The position numbers and the translations under genes are program-made. Below are positions 48,374 to 60,297 of a stretch of 64,000 bases of DNA, piece after piece. The stretch's first letter is position 1, and each line of letters starts with the position of its first letter. Origin of the DNA: Utricularia gibba (Eukaryota > Plantae > Magnoliophyta). The notes below the pieces were generated by a model, which was given only the letters and a program-made list of their open reading frames with translations, made no database searches and was not told the DNA's origin. The stretch covers positions 3,348,001 to 3,412,000 of the forward strand of contig CM007992.1 of NCBI GenBank assembly GCA_002189035.1, read 5' to 3'.

Positions 48374-50359
48374 TTATCGCAGTGCCATTTCTTTTTGAAT
48401 AGCCGATTCCGGCTGCACTTGTAACCGCAGTTCAAGAGCCATGGTGTGGACTAAGCCCTCTGGATTGGAGGTAACCCACAGGTCACCATGCATTAGCTGT
48501 TCATTGCAATAAAATGCAATGGTTATTGCATAGAAAGTGCATGTAGAGGCAGCACTACTTGTGAAAAAAGAATTTGATAGTAGAAGCTGAACCTGAACAA
48601 GCTTTCTGTTAGCACCAAACCTCATGCTTTTCCTGAAATCCAACCGACTGAACGATGGTACATCTTTTTGTCGATGAGGACCAGAGTGGCAGATAGCCAT
48701 GTCGAACCGGACGAATGTGAAAGCATTGGATGGACTTTTTCCTTCATGGCAACATTCTTGTATGTTCTTTTTGCAACTGTGGCATGCTGGATAGACATGT
48801 AGAATATGGTAACTCCCTATTTTGCTTGCATTTATGAAGTTTCCAACGTTGTGCAGAATGACTTGAAACACTCTCTTTTCATCTCCGATTGCAGGATTTT
48901 GCAAGGAGTTGTCGACTCTGATTTCGAATTCACACCCTCTGCAAGCAGAGATGCACTTGAAGATGCAGGCTGCTTCTTTAATGGTGGAATGTAGCTGAAA
49001 AGGCTTGATATCCAATGATAATTTTCCACTTTTTTTTGCTGAAGTAGCATCCATTGCATCTCTTATCGAAGTTGAAATAGCATTACAAGCTTTAAACATC
49101 GCATCAACAACCAGCCGTTGACTGTTTGTGAACTTGAAATCCTGCAATGAGGATGAAAGACCAAGAACAGAGTCCACTGATTTTTTTAAACACTTAGTCA
49201 GTGCCATTTGACATGCCTTCTTTACTTGAGTAGCCTTCACTGCATCCTCTTTTTCTTCCTGCAGGGCGCTGTTTTGTGCAATGAGCTTTTCCTGTATGTT
49301 TTTCAGCTCTTCTAAGATCCAGGCATGGGAAAGAGCTACCGCCACTTGATCTGCAATTGCCTTCACAATGTCGAGCTCCTCTTCGCTCCATGATCGGCTC
49401 CGCCCATTTTTATGCACCAAAGTGATGATGGCGGTGCAATCAGGAACCATCTCATGAGTCCCACCATTGAAATCAGACACCCTTAACAGTGGCACTCCTA
49501 CAGCAGCTACACACCCCACCTCACCTCTCCCTCTCCCTCTGCTTCTATCAACACCAAGAGGTGATTCTGGATTCAGAATCTTGACTCCATTGATCCCCTC
49601 GATCGCTCTAACATCCGGATCATCGATAGGGATGCGCAACTTATGCCATATTGACTTGCCTCCTCCACTCAACTCATGAATCAGCTCCATTTCAGTTTTT
49701 GCTGCATTGGGCATCCACACTGCGCAGGTCTCCACTTCCAGGGCCTTGGGTAGCTCAACCAGTGTGGTCTGCAATATAGTATGCCGATCAAGGGACTTGC
49801 GAATCTCTCTTGTCAAAATTCTGAATTGCAACGAAGCTTCTGTCTGCTTCTTTATAACTGTGATCTCTCTCTGAAGCTCCCTGGTTTTCTTTCTCAGCAT
49901 AAACTCCCTGACGGTGACCTTAAGCAGCATGGGGATGAAGGACAGAAGGGATACAACCGTGGCGGAGGAAACCAGAGCAGTGAGGCACTTGAAAATGGTG
50001 ACAGCAACCATGAGCTGAAAAGAGTGTGATCGATAGCTCCAGAAGCTGAGGAAATTGTTCATTCCACATAAGACAATGAATGCAATGAACTGCACCAGCG
50101 CCAACTTAAACTTCATAGCAGAACAGCTAACAAAGAATATCAGCTCAATGAGAATCGCAAAGTAAGCTACAGCAATCAGCAAATCACTGACTCTTCTGAC
50201 CTCCATGATAATGTCAATGAACAAGAATCGCTCCTCATCGCAGTTACAGTGAGAACCATCCTCATCAGATGCCATTCCTTCACCAAATAAAGACAAAAGC
50301 AACACCACCCAAGATGCCAGTGCTTTCCCCATTGGTCTCACATCCAACACTTCATCCAA
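48374..50359 (-). CDS. ETR2: Subfamily II ethylene receptor (ETR2/ERS2-like): signal peptide, 3 TM helices, GAF, degenerate His-kinase, no receiver; probable in-frame intron ~48500-48595
   Basis: Hydrophobic N-terminal extension + CNCD; SDLLIAVAYF; FIVLCG; LTREIRKSLDRHTILQTTLVEL; VKAIADQVAVALSHA; FQLHSTIKEAACI; GDEKRVFQVILHNVGN; KLVQ|LMHGDLWV. Confidence 0.88.
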   Translation of the reverse strand: MDEVLDVRPMGKALASWVVLLLSLFGEGMASDEDGSHCNCDEERFLFIDIIMEVRRVSDLLIAVAYFAILIELIFFVSCSAMKFKLALVQFIAFIVLCGMNNFLSFWSYRSHSFQLMVAVTIFKCLTALVSSATVVSLLSFIPMLLKVTVREFMLRKKTRELQREITVIKKQTEASLQFRILTREIRKSLDRHTILQTTLVELPKALEVETCAVWMPNAAKTEMELIHELSGGGKSIWHKLRIPIDDPDVRAIEGINGVKILNPESPLGVDRSRGRGRGEVGCVAAVGVPLLRVSDFNGGTHEMVPDCTAIITLVHKNGRSRSWSEEELDIVKAIADQVAVALSHAWILEELKNIQEKLIAQNSALQEEKEDAVKATQVKKACQMALTKCLKKSVDSVLGLSSSLQDFKFTNSQRLVVDAMFKACNAISTSIRDAMDATSAKKSGKLSLDIKPFQLHSTIKEAACIFKCISACRGCEFEIRVDNSLQNPAIGDEKRVFQVILHNVGNFINASKIGSYHILHVYPACHSCKKNIQECCHEGKSPSNAFTFVRFDMAICHSGPHRQKDVPSFSRLDFRKSMRFGANRKLVQVQLLLSNSFFTSSAASTCTFYAITIAFYCNEQLMHGDLWVTSNPEGLVHTMALELRLQVQPESAIQKEMALR

Positions 50360-51774
50360 TCACCACTCACTACTGATGACAAGAAGTAGTACAGAGTGTG
50401 CCTGAGCTCATGGATACAAACCCTGTGCATCTCAACATGCCAATCCCATAATACATTTCTCAACAAGGAGTCACCCCTCTTGCTCCTATAGTGCTATTAC
50501 GAGATTGAAAGGCAAATTGCAAGAACCAAAAACAACATTTCTGGACAAAAGAACTGTGCCTAAGCCAAAGTAGACCGCACCTGGTTCCTGCCGTTTCCAA
50601 TGAGGAAAAAGCTTCAACCTTGTTTCTTGTTTTAGGTGAGAAGAAACGTTCAAAACCAGGTAGCAATGAGTGACAGCAGCTGACAAAAAATTAATTCATA
50701 CTGAAGAGGGAGCCCCCACTGCGCTCTCGTGAAGAGAACTTGGACGCTTTATCTTTGTCAAGATATAATAAAAAATCTCTTTTTTCAAATATCTATTGGA
50801 TATTTATTTCTAGTCACCTGTATGTTCGTGGCCACACTTATGAGATATAATGTAATTACGTCATTTTAATAAAATATGACGTCAGTACTATTTTAGGTTA
50901 AATTATTATATTATTATTTTGATAGTGGGTTGTGATCTCATCTTAATTGAGATAATATTTATATCCAGGAACATAACAAGATGGGCTTTTCGTATTGGGC
51001 TTTCTACATGGACCCAATCCACTATTTTAGAGATCCAACCCTAAAAGCCCATCCTGAGCGATGGATTATGAAGGTCGAAAATCAACATAATATATCATGA
51101 TTTAAAAAACAAATAACTCATTTTTAATTATCTGTATAATATATAATTAAAAAATTGGAAAAACCATTATTAAAATTCATATTATTGAACATATTCATTA
51201 TTTTATTCATAATATAATAACATTTAATTTAAATCAAATTTATAAAATAATATATCATTAGATTTTTGGGTTGTTTGCTAAGATGGTATAAAAGTTCTAT
51301 ATCTAAATTTACACATATATCGTTGTTTGATTCATTAATAAACGTAAACTAACATTATATGATTATATCAATCATATATACAAATGAAAGAAGAAGTTAG
51401 TTATATGTATATCATTCACACATTCATATTTCTATTTTCGAATATTAATTCAATGTTATAAATATAGTAAATATGTCATTTATTAGAAAATTTATTTATT
51501 GATTTTTTTAAAAAAATAAACATTTTTTTATTATTTAAAAAATAGTCGGTTTTTTCCAAATATTGCCATAAACACATATAGCTATGCAAGATGCGCCGAC
51601 ATACATATGTTCCAATAATTACACATGCCATGTATGGCCATGCTCATCGGGAATAATCACTCCACATGCCATGCCCCATGCACATGGCCATGTTCCCTTC
51701 CATCTCGACACACCCTTTTTTTTATAAATTTATTTTTCAAAAAATAAAATTCTTGGAGAAAATGAAACGCCAAA

Positions 51775-52777
51775 TCAGACAGATCTCCTTGTGCAAATTC
51801 CTTCCTTTCCCATCACCGGCTGCTTCTGCGTTCCTGCGCACGAATGAACAAAAGTTAGAAACTGTTGCCCATGTAAAAAATTAAAAGAAAAGAAAAGATT
51901 TACCGAGCCCAGTGGCCTCGGAACCCTTGACGATACGGAGACGCTTGCATGAGCCCACGAACATCCTGAAATTAGCATGTAGTGAATGTGGGCTCTGTAA
52001 TTTTTTACTGTGGGAGGTGATCGGAAAGTGTACGGAACGGGTAAAAGAGGAGGGCTGGTTGGTGCTTACTCCCATGGTACATCCCCCACGAGCATCCAGT
52101 CGCCATCCCTATCCTGGTAAATGGCTGCAGACTCTGTGGTGTTGTCTTCGTTCATGAAGTCTATCAGTCCTTCTTTCTGGTTCGCATCCTTCCCGACGAG
52201 GTTGTATCCTGTACAAGGGGAGACGTTGTATCAGGTCTTCTGTAGAAATCTTGAAAATGAAGAAGGCATTCATTTACCCATGTTGAAAGAGGTGAATATT
52301 TTGGCTAGGGCGTCCCAGAGTTCTTGGTAGCTCCGGTAACTTTTCAGGTCAACTTTACGGAGGAATGGTGCGCCGTCGATTGACACTTTCACAAACGTCG
52401 TCTCCTCCGGCTCTCCGCCATTGCCGGTTCTCAGATTAGCCAAGGCGATCTTCCTGAAGGACCGAACCGGCGGCCACCCCACCACCAAAGCCCTAGATTT
52501 ACACACAAAGAAAGTTTTAAAAAACAACATCCGACCGCACTAAAACTGAAAGTGCATACTTGGCTGCCGGCGGATCATTTGGGGGGAGGATGTTTTTCTC
52601 CAAGGCGGGGCTCTTGAGGTCGGAATCCTCCGATCGGAGCTTGGAGATGAGATCGACGGTCTCGGAAAGAGCACGTTTCCCGGTGACTTTCGTTTCTCCG
52701 GGGAGGGCGAGGCAGAGCTCGGTTGCTTTGTGGACGTGGTTCCCAAACATCGCCGACATGTTCCGGCCAACTTCCAT
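51775..52777 (-). CDS. Aux/IAA repressor, IAA7/14/16/17-like, 5 exons
   Basis: TELCLALPG (EAR); [10 protein letters not shown]; [12 protein letters not shown] degron; [17 protein letters not shown]; [17 protein letters not shown]|[20 protein letters not shown]. Confidence 0.92.
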
Positions 52778-54168
52778 CGGAGTAAGCAATTATTGGACAA
52801 ACAAATGAGTTGTCTTGCTTCTCTTGTTCTTGCATCATGATCATGCAATACATATATTATCCCCATCCACCAATCTCAGTACTAGGGTTTGTAATTTTTT
52901 TTTCTTTTTTAGAAAAAAATTGAAATCCTTTGTTGACATAGTCATGCTGTTTGGCTGTAGAACTTTTCTTTTAAATAATTCATTAAAATTCCAAATAAAG
53001 AGTTTTCCTAGATTTTGGAACACCAAACAAATCTTTGCTATATGCCCTTTTGAGCAATGCTGGAATGCTTATGAACCAGAAAAACCCAGTTTCAGCTTGA
53101 GGGATATTGAGAAGTATATTGGCACACACTGATTGTGTTGATTCAAATAAAGAAAACCCAATTCAATTTTCCTTGTTTTGATAGTCTGATACCCACCACA
53201 GCTCTTTCTTGTGAACGGGGAATGATGCCATCAAGCTACACAGATGAATGCCGACCGGTTTGATGATCATGCTGTAAGTTGTCTGTGGGGTAGCTCCCGT
53301 TTATTGAGAAGGGGGGGTGGGGGGATGATGAGTATTGATTGTTTTGATGATGACCTTCTAACATCCTTGTTTCTGTTAGAAAAGGTGGGCCAAACAAAGC
53401 TGAAGCAGACCTGAGCCTGAGGTTCAAGCCATGGGTTGCCACCACATTCCAAAACCCAAAGCTGCAACAGAAGCTCCCGTGACTCCCTCTGATCATCAGT
53501 GTTGAAAATTCTCAAAGCTGGCTTGTAAGGGATAGATAGATACTCTGGTAGGAGTATCTGCGTGAACAGATTTCTTGAGCAACTTTCAAAAGGCTATTTG
53601 CATTAGTTGGGCATGGTAAAGCTTCTTTGCAGTTACAAAAGATTTTTCCTTTTTATCAGGGAGGGAATCGTTTCAGTTCATCAGGTAGACAAGGGGTTGG
53701 TTATGCCTGGCCATACTTCTCCAGTTGTCTAGTGTTATCTGCACACTGTCTGCTCTTGTCTTCCTTCATATAATACCATTTTTTTTCTTGGTTTTGTTCT
53801 TCAGGTGACGCGGATGGCTACATTAGGGCTATAGATCTCCTCTGTTTTTGAGATGGGTGTTCCCAGATCTGATAAGGGTGTACAACAAAACGAGATATTA
53901 CCAAAGCAGAGCACCATCAAAAGGATGTCTGGATTTTAGTACTCATTGGGTAAAAGTATTGCTGTACCAGAATGCAGATTTAAATGTGGTCAGTAGAAGA
54001 AAATTGAGTTACAGAATACAGTAGGGACGAGCAAAACTCAACCACCACTATGATACAAGTTACCGTGCATGGAAAAAGAATGTAATTCTTCTGTCAATTG
54101 TGAACCACTTCCAATCCTTGGAAGTTCTGGACACGGAGTCTTCATTTACCTGATGAGTTTGGTTCTTG

Positions 54169-57100
54169 TTATTCTGGTGTTTGTGTCCCATCATCCTGAT
54201 TTTCACCTTTTCCAGTTTCTGAATATGGAAGTCCCCTGTCTTCCTGGATTTCCTGATGGTCGCCAATAGTCTCACCAATGCTTGATGGATTCTGGTGATA
54301 CGTTATATGCTCATCATCAGAGCTGTGGGATGGATTTTTGACAGAGGCATGGTTGGAGACGAGTGATATGGATGAACTCTGAAGATCAGCAGCCTCGCTT
54401 TGGTTTGGTGGGACGGTTCCAAGGTTATCATCTCCATGTTCGATGAATGAAATGCCGTATCTCTGGCTGTATGTCAGTCCTGGACAGAATCCCTGTCAAA
54501 GAGAAGCGAGCTTAACGGTTAGCATATGAGGATATAGAGCAATCATCCCTACCATCTAATGCTGCTATGGTGCTTGAAGCTGCACCCAGACAGAAACCAA
54601 CAACACAGAGACTACTACTACACTGATGAATCTTGCATGCTGACCTTGATCATTCCGGACGGAGGCAATCCTGAAAACGAGTGTGATGAAAGACTATTTC
54701 CATCTGTATCTTCTAAGTACTCAGACTGATTTTTCTCCATCGTGTGCTTGTGCCTTGGGTTATCTGAGGTGTGGTTAATGCTCCTGCAGTATGCTCCAAG
54801 GTATGAACAATGCTCGTTTACTAAAGATATTTGGGGACTCAGGGGAAGTAAGTGGCCTTCAGTGCTGAAGATGTACCTAGAGATTAATGGATAACGATTT
54901 AGTACGCCGAACAGAGTGGACAGAGAAGGGAATCACGTACTTGTATGGGCCATTCTCAACCAAATTATCAGGGCCAGCGGCCAGATCAAATAGAAGCCAG
55001 AGATATTTCACCTGGCATGATGATCACGGAAAAGTTAGATCAGGTAAAAATGAAACATAATTGTTGATATAGTAAACAACAAAAAGCATGACATCCAACT
55101 CGCAAAAGAAGTATGAATGCGTAGAGAGACTCACCGTCTCAGCCAAAAAGAAGCTCTCCATGTGATCATCTTGTTGGTGAAATTCTACGTCTGATATATG
55201 GCAATATCCACATGTGCATCGAGCTCCATATTGAAGACTAGTAAGCATGTCTCGTCCAGCATCGAGATATCTACAAAACATTTCAATAAACTTATACCGT
55301 AAAGATGAACTCTGTTAAAGATGTAGTGCTGGATAAACCTGGGGTTCCGAGTAGCTTTGTACAGCCAATACGTGCTTTCTATTAATTCAGGACGTAGTGG
55401 ATAGCTTTTTTGACCTTGCTGTGAGATGTGATCGACAAAAAAAAGGTGGACATTTTATCATAACACAGAAAGTTGCCGCAAACATAGAGGACCAAGAAAT
55501 GAACGAAAGGGCTGTGGGTGTGAGAAAACTACCTGAATGTTGAATGTGGCCAGATTGAAACCCTCCGGAGTGAAACCATACCGTTTCCAGACACTGAAGA
55601 AAGCAGCATGAGTTTTAATAGCAGGTTCAAGGTCCCCAGCAAGAACCTTTCACAGGCATATATCGTGTGTTAGCACTAACTCTTAGAAAGCTAAAGCTTC
55701 AAAATTTTCAACACATTGACATTCCACCTGAAGACCTGGCCAGAATGCCTGCAAGCTATTGAACAGCGGCCAGACAAGGGCAGCAGAATTCATATTCACC
55801 TCCACGTACCTATAGATCATAAAATTCTTTTCTTATTCTAAAATTCATAAATGCTGATCCCTTTATTTATCTTAAAAATCACTTAAATAAGGCTAAAGTT
55901 CAAATGGAGACAAGAGGAAGTTGGTGGGCTTCCTCACCAGGGATCATTATACAAATAGTGCATCGCCGCCTTATAAGCCTCTTGGAAGATGAAGAGATAT
56001 TCTTCATCACCAAACAATAGATATGCCTAAAGCCAAAAAAAAAAAAAAAAAGATTGTCTCAGAAAATGAAAGAACAAGCTTCTATCCAATATAGATATAG
56101 GTACCTAGTTTCACGGTAAAAAAGAAAAAAGCTAGAAATATATTCTCTCGAAACTGATGCAGCAGTCATGGATCCTTCCTTTGAAGAATCAAAATACATA
56201 ATGTTCTAAAAGATAAAAAGACCCACACGGAAGAAACTTACCTTCAAAAGATACTCATAGAAGGAATCTATACTGGTCCCAATTCCAGCATCCTGGTCAG
56301 CAGAAATGTCAATTTGATTGAATTTAATGAATGAAGGTCATAATTTTTTTTATTGGCAACAAAGGACATTATGTGTTCGATACATATGCTACATAGTTTA
56401 TAGAATGCAGTAAAACCCTTAGAAGTTGTCAGCTGAAAAAAAATTACCAGGCTGAGAAATAACCTTTTGTGTCCACTCGCCAGAGAAAACATCTATATGA
56501 GCCCCAACAAGGTTGATCCTTGAACGGCGAGCCCATAATCCTAGAACTGCATTCTTTGTGACTTGCTCATAGACTGAATTATCAACAAAGTAATACACAT
56601 AGAAAAACCAGAAATATAAGTGAACAACTAGCTAATTAATAACATCAAAGTGGAAGTGAAAAACAGAAAAGGATTATTAGACTGAAGGATTAACTGGGAT
56701 TATTGGTCAAGCGGCTAAGCACACCAAACTCCAATGTCAAAGTACCACCTCCCGCTGTGGACGTTATCTAGAAGGGAAAGACAAAAGTCCTGATTAAGAA
56801 CTTAAACAGATTTTTTTAAAAAAAAAAAGTCATCACACATTCACTCTAGAAAAATTTCATTTTGCAGGGCTGATAAAAAAAAATCATTTTGCAGGATCGA
56901 AAGAATTTGGCAAAAAGATTGAGACAGTTTCTTTAAATATAATTCGCTGCTAAAACAAAAGCCAACGTGGAGAGAAGCAAGAATACGGAGAAGCTATACC
57001 TTGCTTTCGTCTTCATCCACTCCATGTAACAGATTTACTGACCCAAAAGGGATTCCTGCAATGCAGATGTCTAATCAGTCAACTATCACCAGAATAAATG

Positions 57101-58628
57101 CCAGCAATTGAAGCAAAATCATGTACTAAAATACCTGTTGGGGTATCAAAAGCAGGTAACATCCTACGGGCTAAATCTTCAGCGAGGTGAAGTAACTCAT
57201 CATCATATGAAGGTATCCTCATGCCCTACAGATGGACAAAACCAATTAAAGCATTCAAAAAATTCATATAGAACACAGAGGTCAATGATAGGAACGAGCA
57301 GTAAGTTTTAATGTCGATAGAAATCCAAAAGACAAAAAAATAATTAATTATGCAATACAAAATAACAAAGAGAAATGGATGGCGCAATCCAAAGTTGTAC
57401 CGTGTTATAATCATTTGCAATCAAATGAGCAGAGAGAAGACCTCCAAGCACCCTTATTGTAGTTTCAAAAACAGATACAGTTTTATTCTGCAAAATAAGA
57501 ACCCCAAATTCAGTAGATTTCAGTTCAAAATGATAACTTTGCGATTATGCATCATCGAATTAACCTTGTAAAAGTTAGAATAATGTTTACTAAAATGGAA
57601 AAAGGCCCAGACACACATAGGGAATTCCATAACATAATAAAAACCAGAATGAGTGGCCAACACATTGGATAAAAGATCTGACTCTTAAAGATATAAAGGA
57701 ACTAATGAGTTCATCAATCCAAACAAATTGAGGTTACAAACACATTACCCTGGGCTGAAAAAACAGGTAAAATGACTAAATATGATGCAAGCAGCTGTTG
57801 GAGCAAGGAGATTATCATCGTAAATTTCATGCAAGCAAGCACAGAAATTAATACTCACAATATCAAATTGAAGATTTTTACCAATCCAGTCAACAGAAGA
57901 GGTGAAGCGCTCTTTGTCACCAAGCAAAGCTAGTGTGTCCAATGAATCAATCTGACAACAAGTATTGCAACAAAAGATCATCTACACAAATAAGATAAGA
58001 ATATTCGAACTAAGAGGACAAATGTGTTATTTTTACCAATGTTAATGCATATCCTCCCAGGGTATCTTCTCCTCCACATGATAAAGGTCTCAGCTCATCT
58101 CGGGAAATGCATGCGTCATGTACCCATCAAATGCATGATAAAACATTTCCCGAACCTAATATCAGAGATTCAGAATTGTGATTGAAAATGCAATAATCAA
58201 CTCAATTTCGTTCAGGTGATATCATTAGCATCTCCAAGTTCAATCCTCAGTTTCCCAAGGAGACACACTTTAAAAGATACATTCACAGTGAATAAAAATG
58301 ATGAAGCCCAGCTCGATAGTTCATCCAAATCACAACGACCCCTTGCAAGTATGGGTTTATATGAATTCACCAAATAACTCAACCGACCAAAATCACCACA
58401 AAAACAGCAGCATCTCAGCATCAGTGAGCTCACATTGAACAACAAAAAAAAAACAGATATATTCTTCAGCCTAGAGGAATCAGAAAAACCACACGAAACA
58501 AGTTTACAAAATAACACCTCATCTCTAAGTTGCTCGGCTTCCTCCTTGGAAACGCCTTCAGCATGAATTGCAGATGACAAACAACCCGCTATCAAAATTA
58601 GCAGCACACACTTCTCTACAGCGCTCAT
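54169..58628 (-). CDS. MNS4: GH47 ER-degradation-enhancing alpha-1,2-mannosidase (EDEM/MNS4-like), many exons
   Basis: Signal peptide; VREMFYHAFDGY..FPRDELRPL; IDSLDTLALLG; GGTLTLEFGVL; DSFYEYLLK; LRPELIEST; QQDDHMESFFLAETV; acidic C-terminal tail ending TAA at 54169. Confidence 0.88.
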
Positions 58629-58877
58629 GGATCTTCAGTTCTTCCAAAGGGAGCGATGAGAATGATGACGATAATTAATAATTATATATATCTTGCATAT
58701 AATTCATAATTCTTTAGGGGTCACTGCAAATAATGGGAAAATACATGGGACAATTGGTGATAATTCAATAGCCAGAGGACAAAAGTATAATTAGTGAATC
58801 ATTGACGGGCTCCGTTTTGTCAACTGGCTGCTTCGGCCCGGCCCACTATTGAAAAGCTTACATGTAATCATAATCAT

Positions 58878-58980
58878 ATGTAATCGGGGTTAAACCCGAC
58901 CCTAACCGAAAATTTGACAAGAACCCTTTGAATTAGTGTCGGACCGGATCGATCCGACCCAACTTTCATCCCTATTACAT
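58878..58980. mobile_element. Possible small hAT-derived remnant with an Ac/Ds-type terminal 11-mer
   Basis: TTTCATCCCTA at 58964-58974; degenerate inverted partner ATGTAATCGGGGTTAAA at 58878; no clear TSD. Confidence 0.3.
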
Positions 58981-60297
58981 CAATATTTTTCTTCAACCAT
59001 TGTTTTTATTTAGAAAATATTTTATTAGAATATATTTTGATAATTTTTGTATATAAATTTTTCTTATAAATATATAATAATTATTTATTTATTTACCAAC
59101 TACCAAACACAACAAGCTTTATCAAATATTTCATTGACATGCAAATAAATTAAATATTCCAACGAACTATTTAATTAGTTAAATGGTTTTTTTTTTCAAA
59201 AAATAATCTTCTAACCAACTTTTCTTATTCCCGCGCATGAAGGTAACTAACTTTATTAATTAATGAATTAAATATTAATAAATAAAATAAAATATTAATT
59301 GCTTGAATATAAAAACGGCTGGAATATTCATGAGAGTGGCTGTCAGCCCTCTACTAAACCCACTCTATTAGTTAATTAATTAATTAAGTTATTGGTTAAT
59401 TAATCCAGAATTAATTCGCTGACCTACGTCCCATCCTGTCGACCGCTTCATGGGCGGTCCAACCCGGTTCAGAACCTGCGAGCCTGGAGAAGGCCTGCGG
59501 TTTATAAGTACAAGAGCTGGTGGACGAAAATGGGAAGGGAAAGCGATACGCAGCGAGATCTTGGTCGCGGGAGTTGTTTGAAGGGAAATCGGGACACGTT
59601 GCAGGTTGACGGAGGAGGAGGTGACGAGGAGCAAAAAAGTTCATTCATTTGCATCCATTCTATATTTGTCGCGTTCTAACTGGGTCCATTTTCATGCACT
59701 TCCGTCCGCACAATTCAGGATATATTGCGATCCCCTCGCCCCCAACTCTTGTAAGGAAGGAGAAAGTGTGTGATCATCGCACCCCGGAAGTACCGAGATT
59801 TGTGCTCGACACTGAGCTCTGCAGTTTTCCAGGTGCAAAATCTTGGGTTTGCTGTCTTGCCGCGATTCATCCTGTCCCCTGAGTGGGTTTTTTGGATTTG
59901 ACTTGTGGGGGTTTTCATGGTAGCGTTTCATTTTCCTTCAACTCTATGTTGCGTTCGGGGTGATTGAACTTGTGTTGGCTGTGACTAGTAGAAAGGTGTC
60001 CTGTTTAGATGTACACCGATTGAAGGTTTATCCCTCTAAGATAAGTGGATGCACCAATAGGGTAGCCTACGTGTTCTCCGATCTCCACAAATCCGAGTCC
60101 TATCAGTCGTTTGTAGACATTGGAGTGGACAAGGCATCAGCTTGTGAAGAAAAGAGTCATTAGGAGTGGCTGGTTTTCACTTTATATGTTGTTTTGATTA
60201 TCTAGAACTATTCCTTCATCTTCCAGCTTTTATATGCATACAATTGTGTCCGGTTTGGAGTTACTCACAGTTCTGCACCTTATTGTCTCCCAGAAAC

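Noticed and set aside
59649-59882. Possible uORF in the GME leader, by analogy with the GGP/VTC2 uORF
   Set aside because: It starts at TTG, runs into leader/intron sequence and shows no resemblance to a known conserved peptide uORF.
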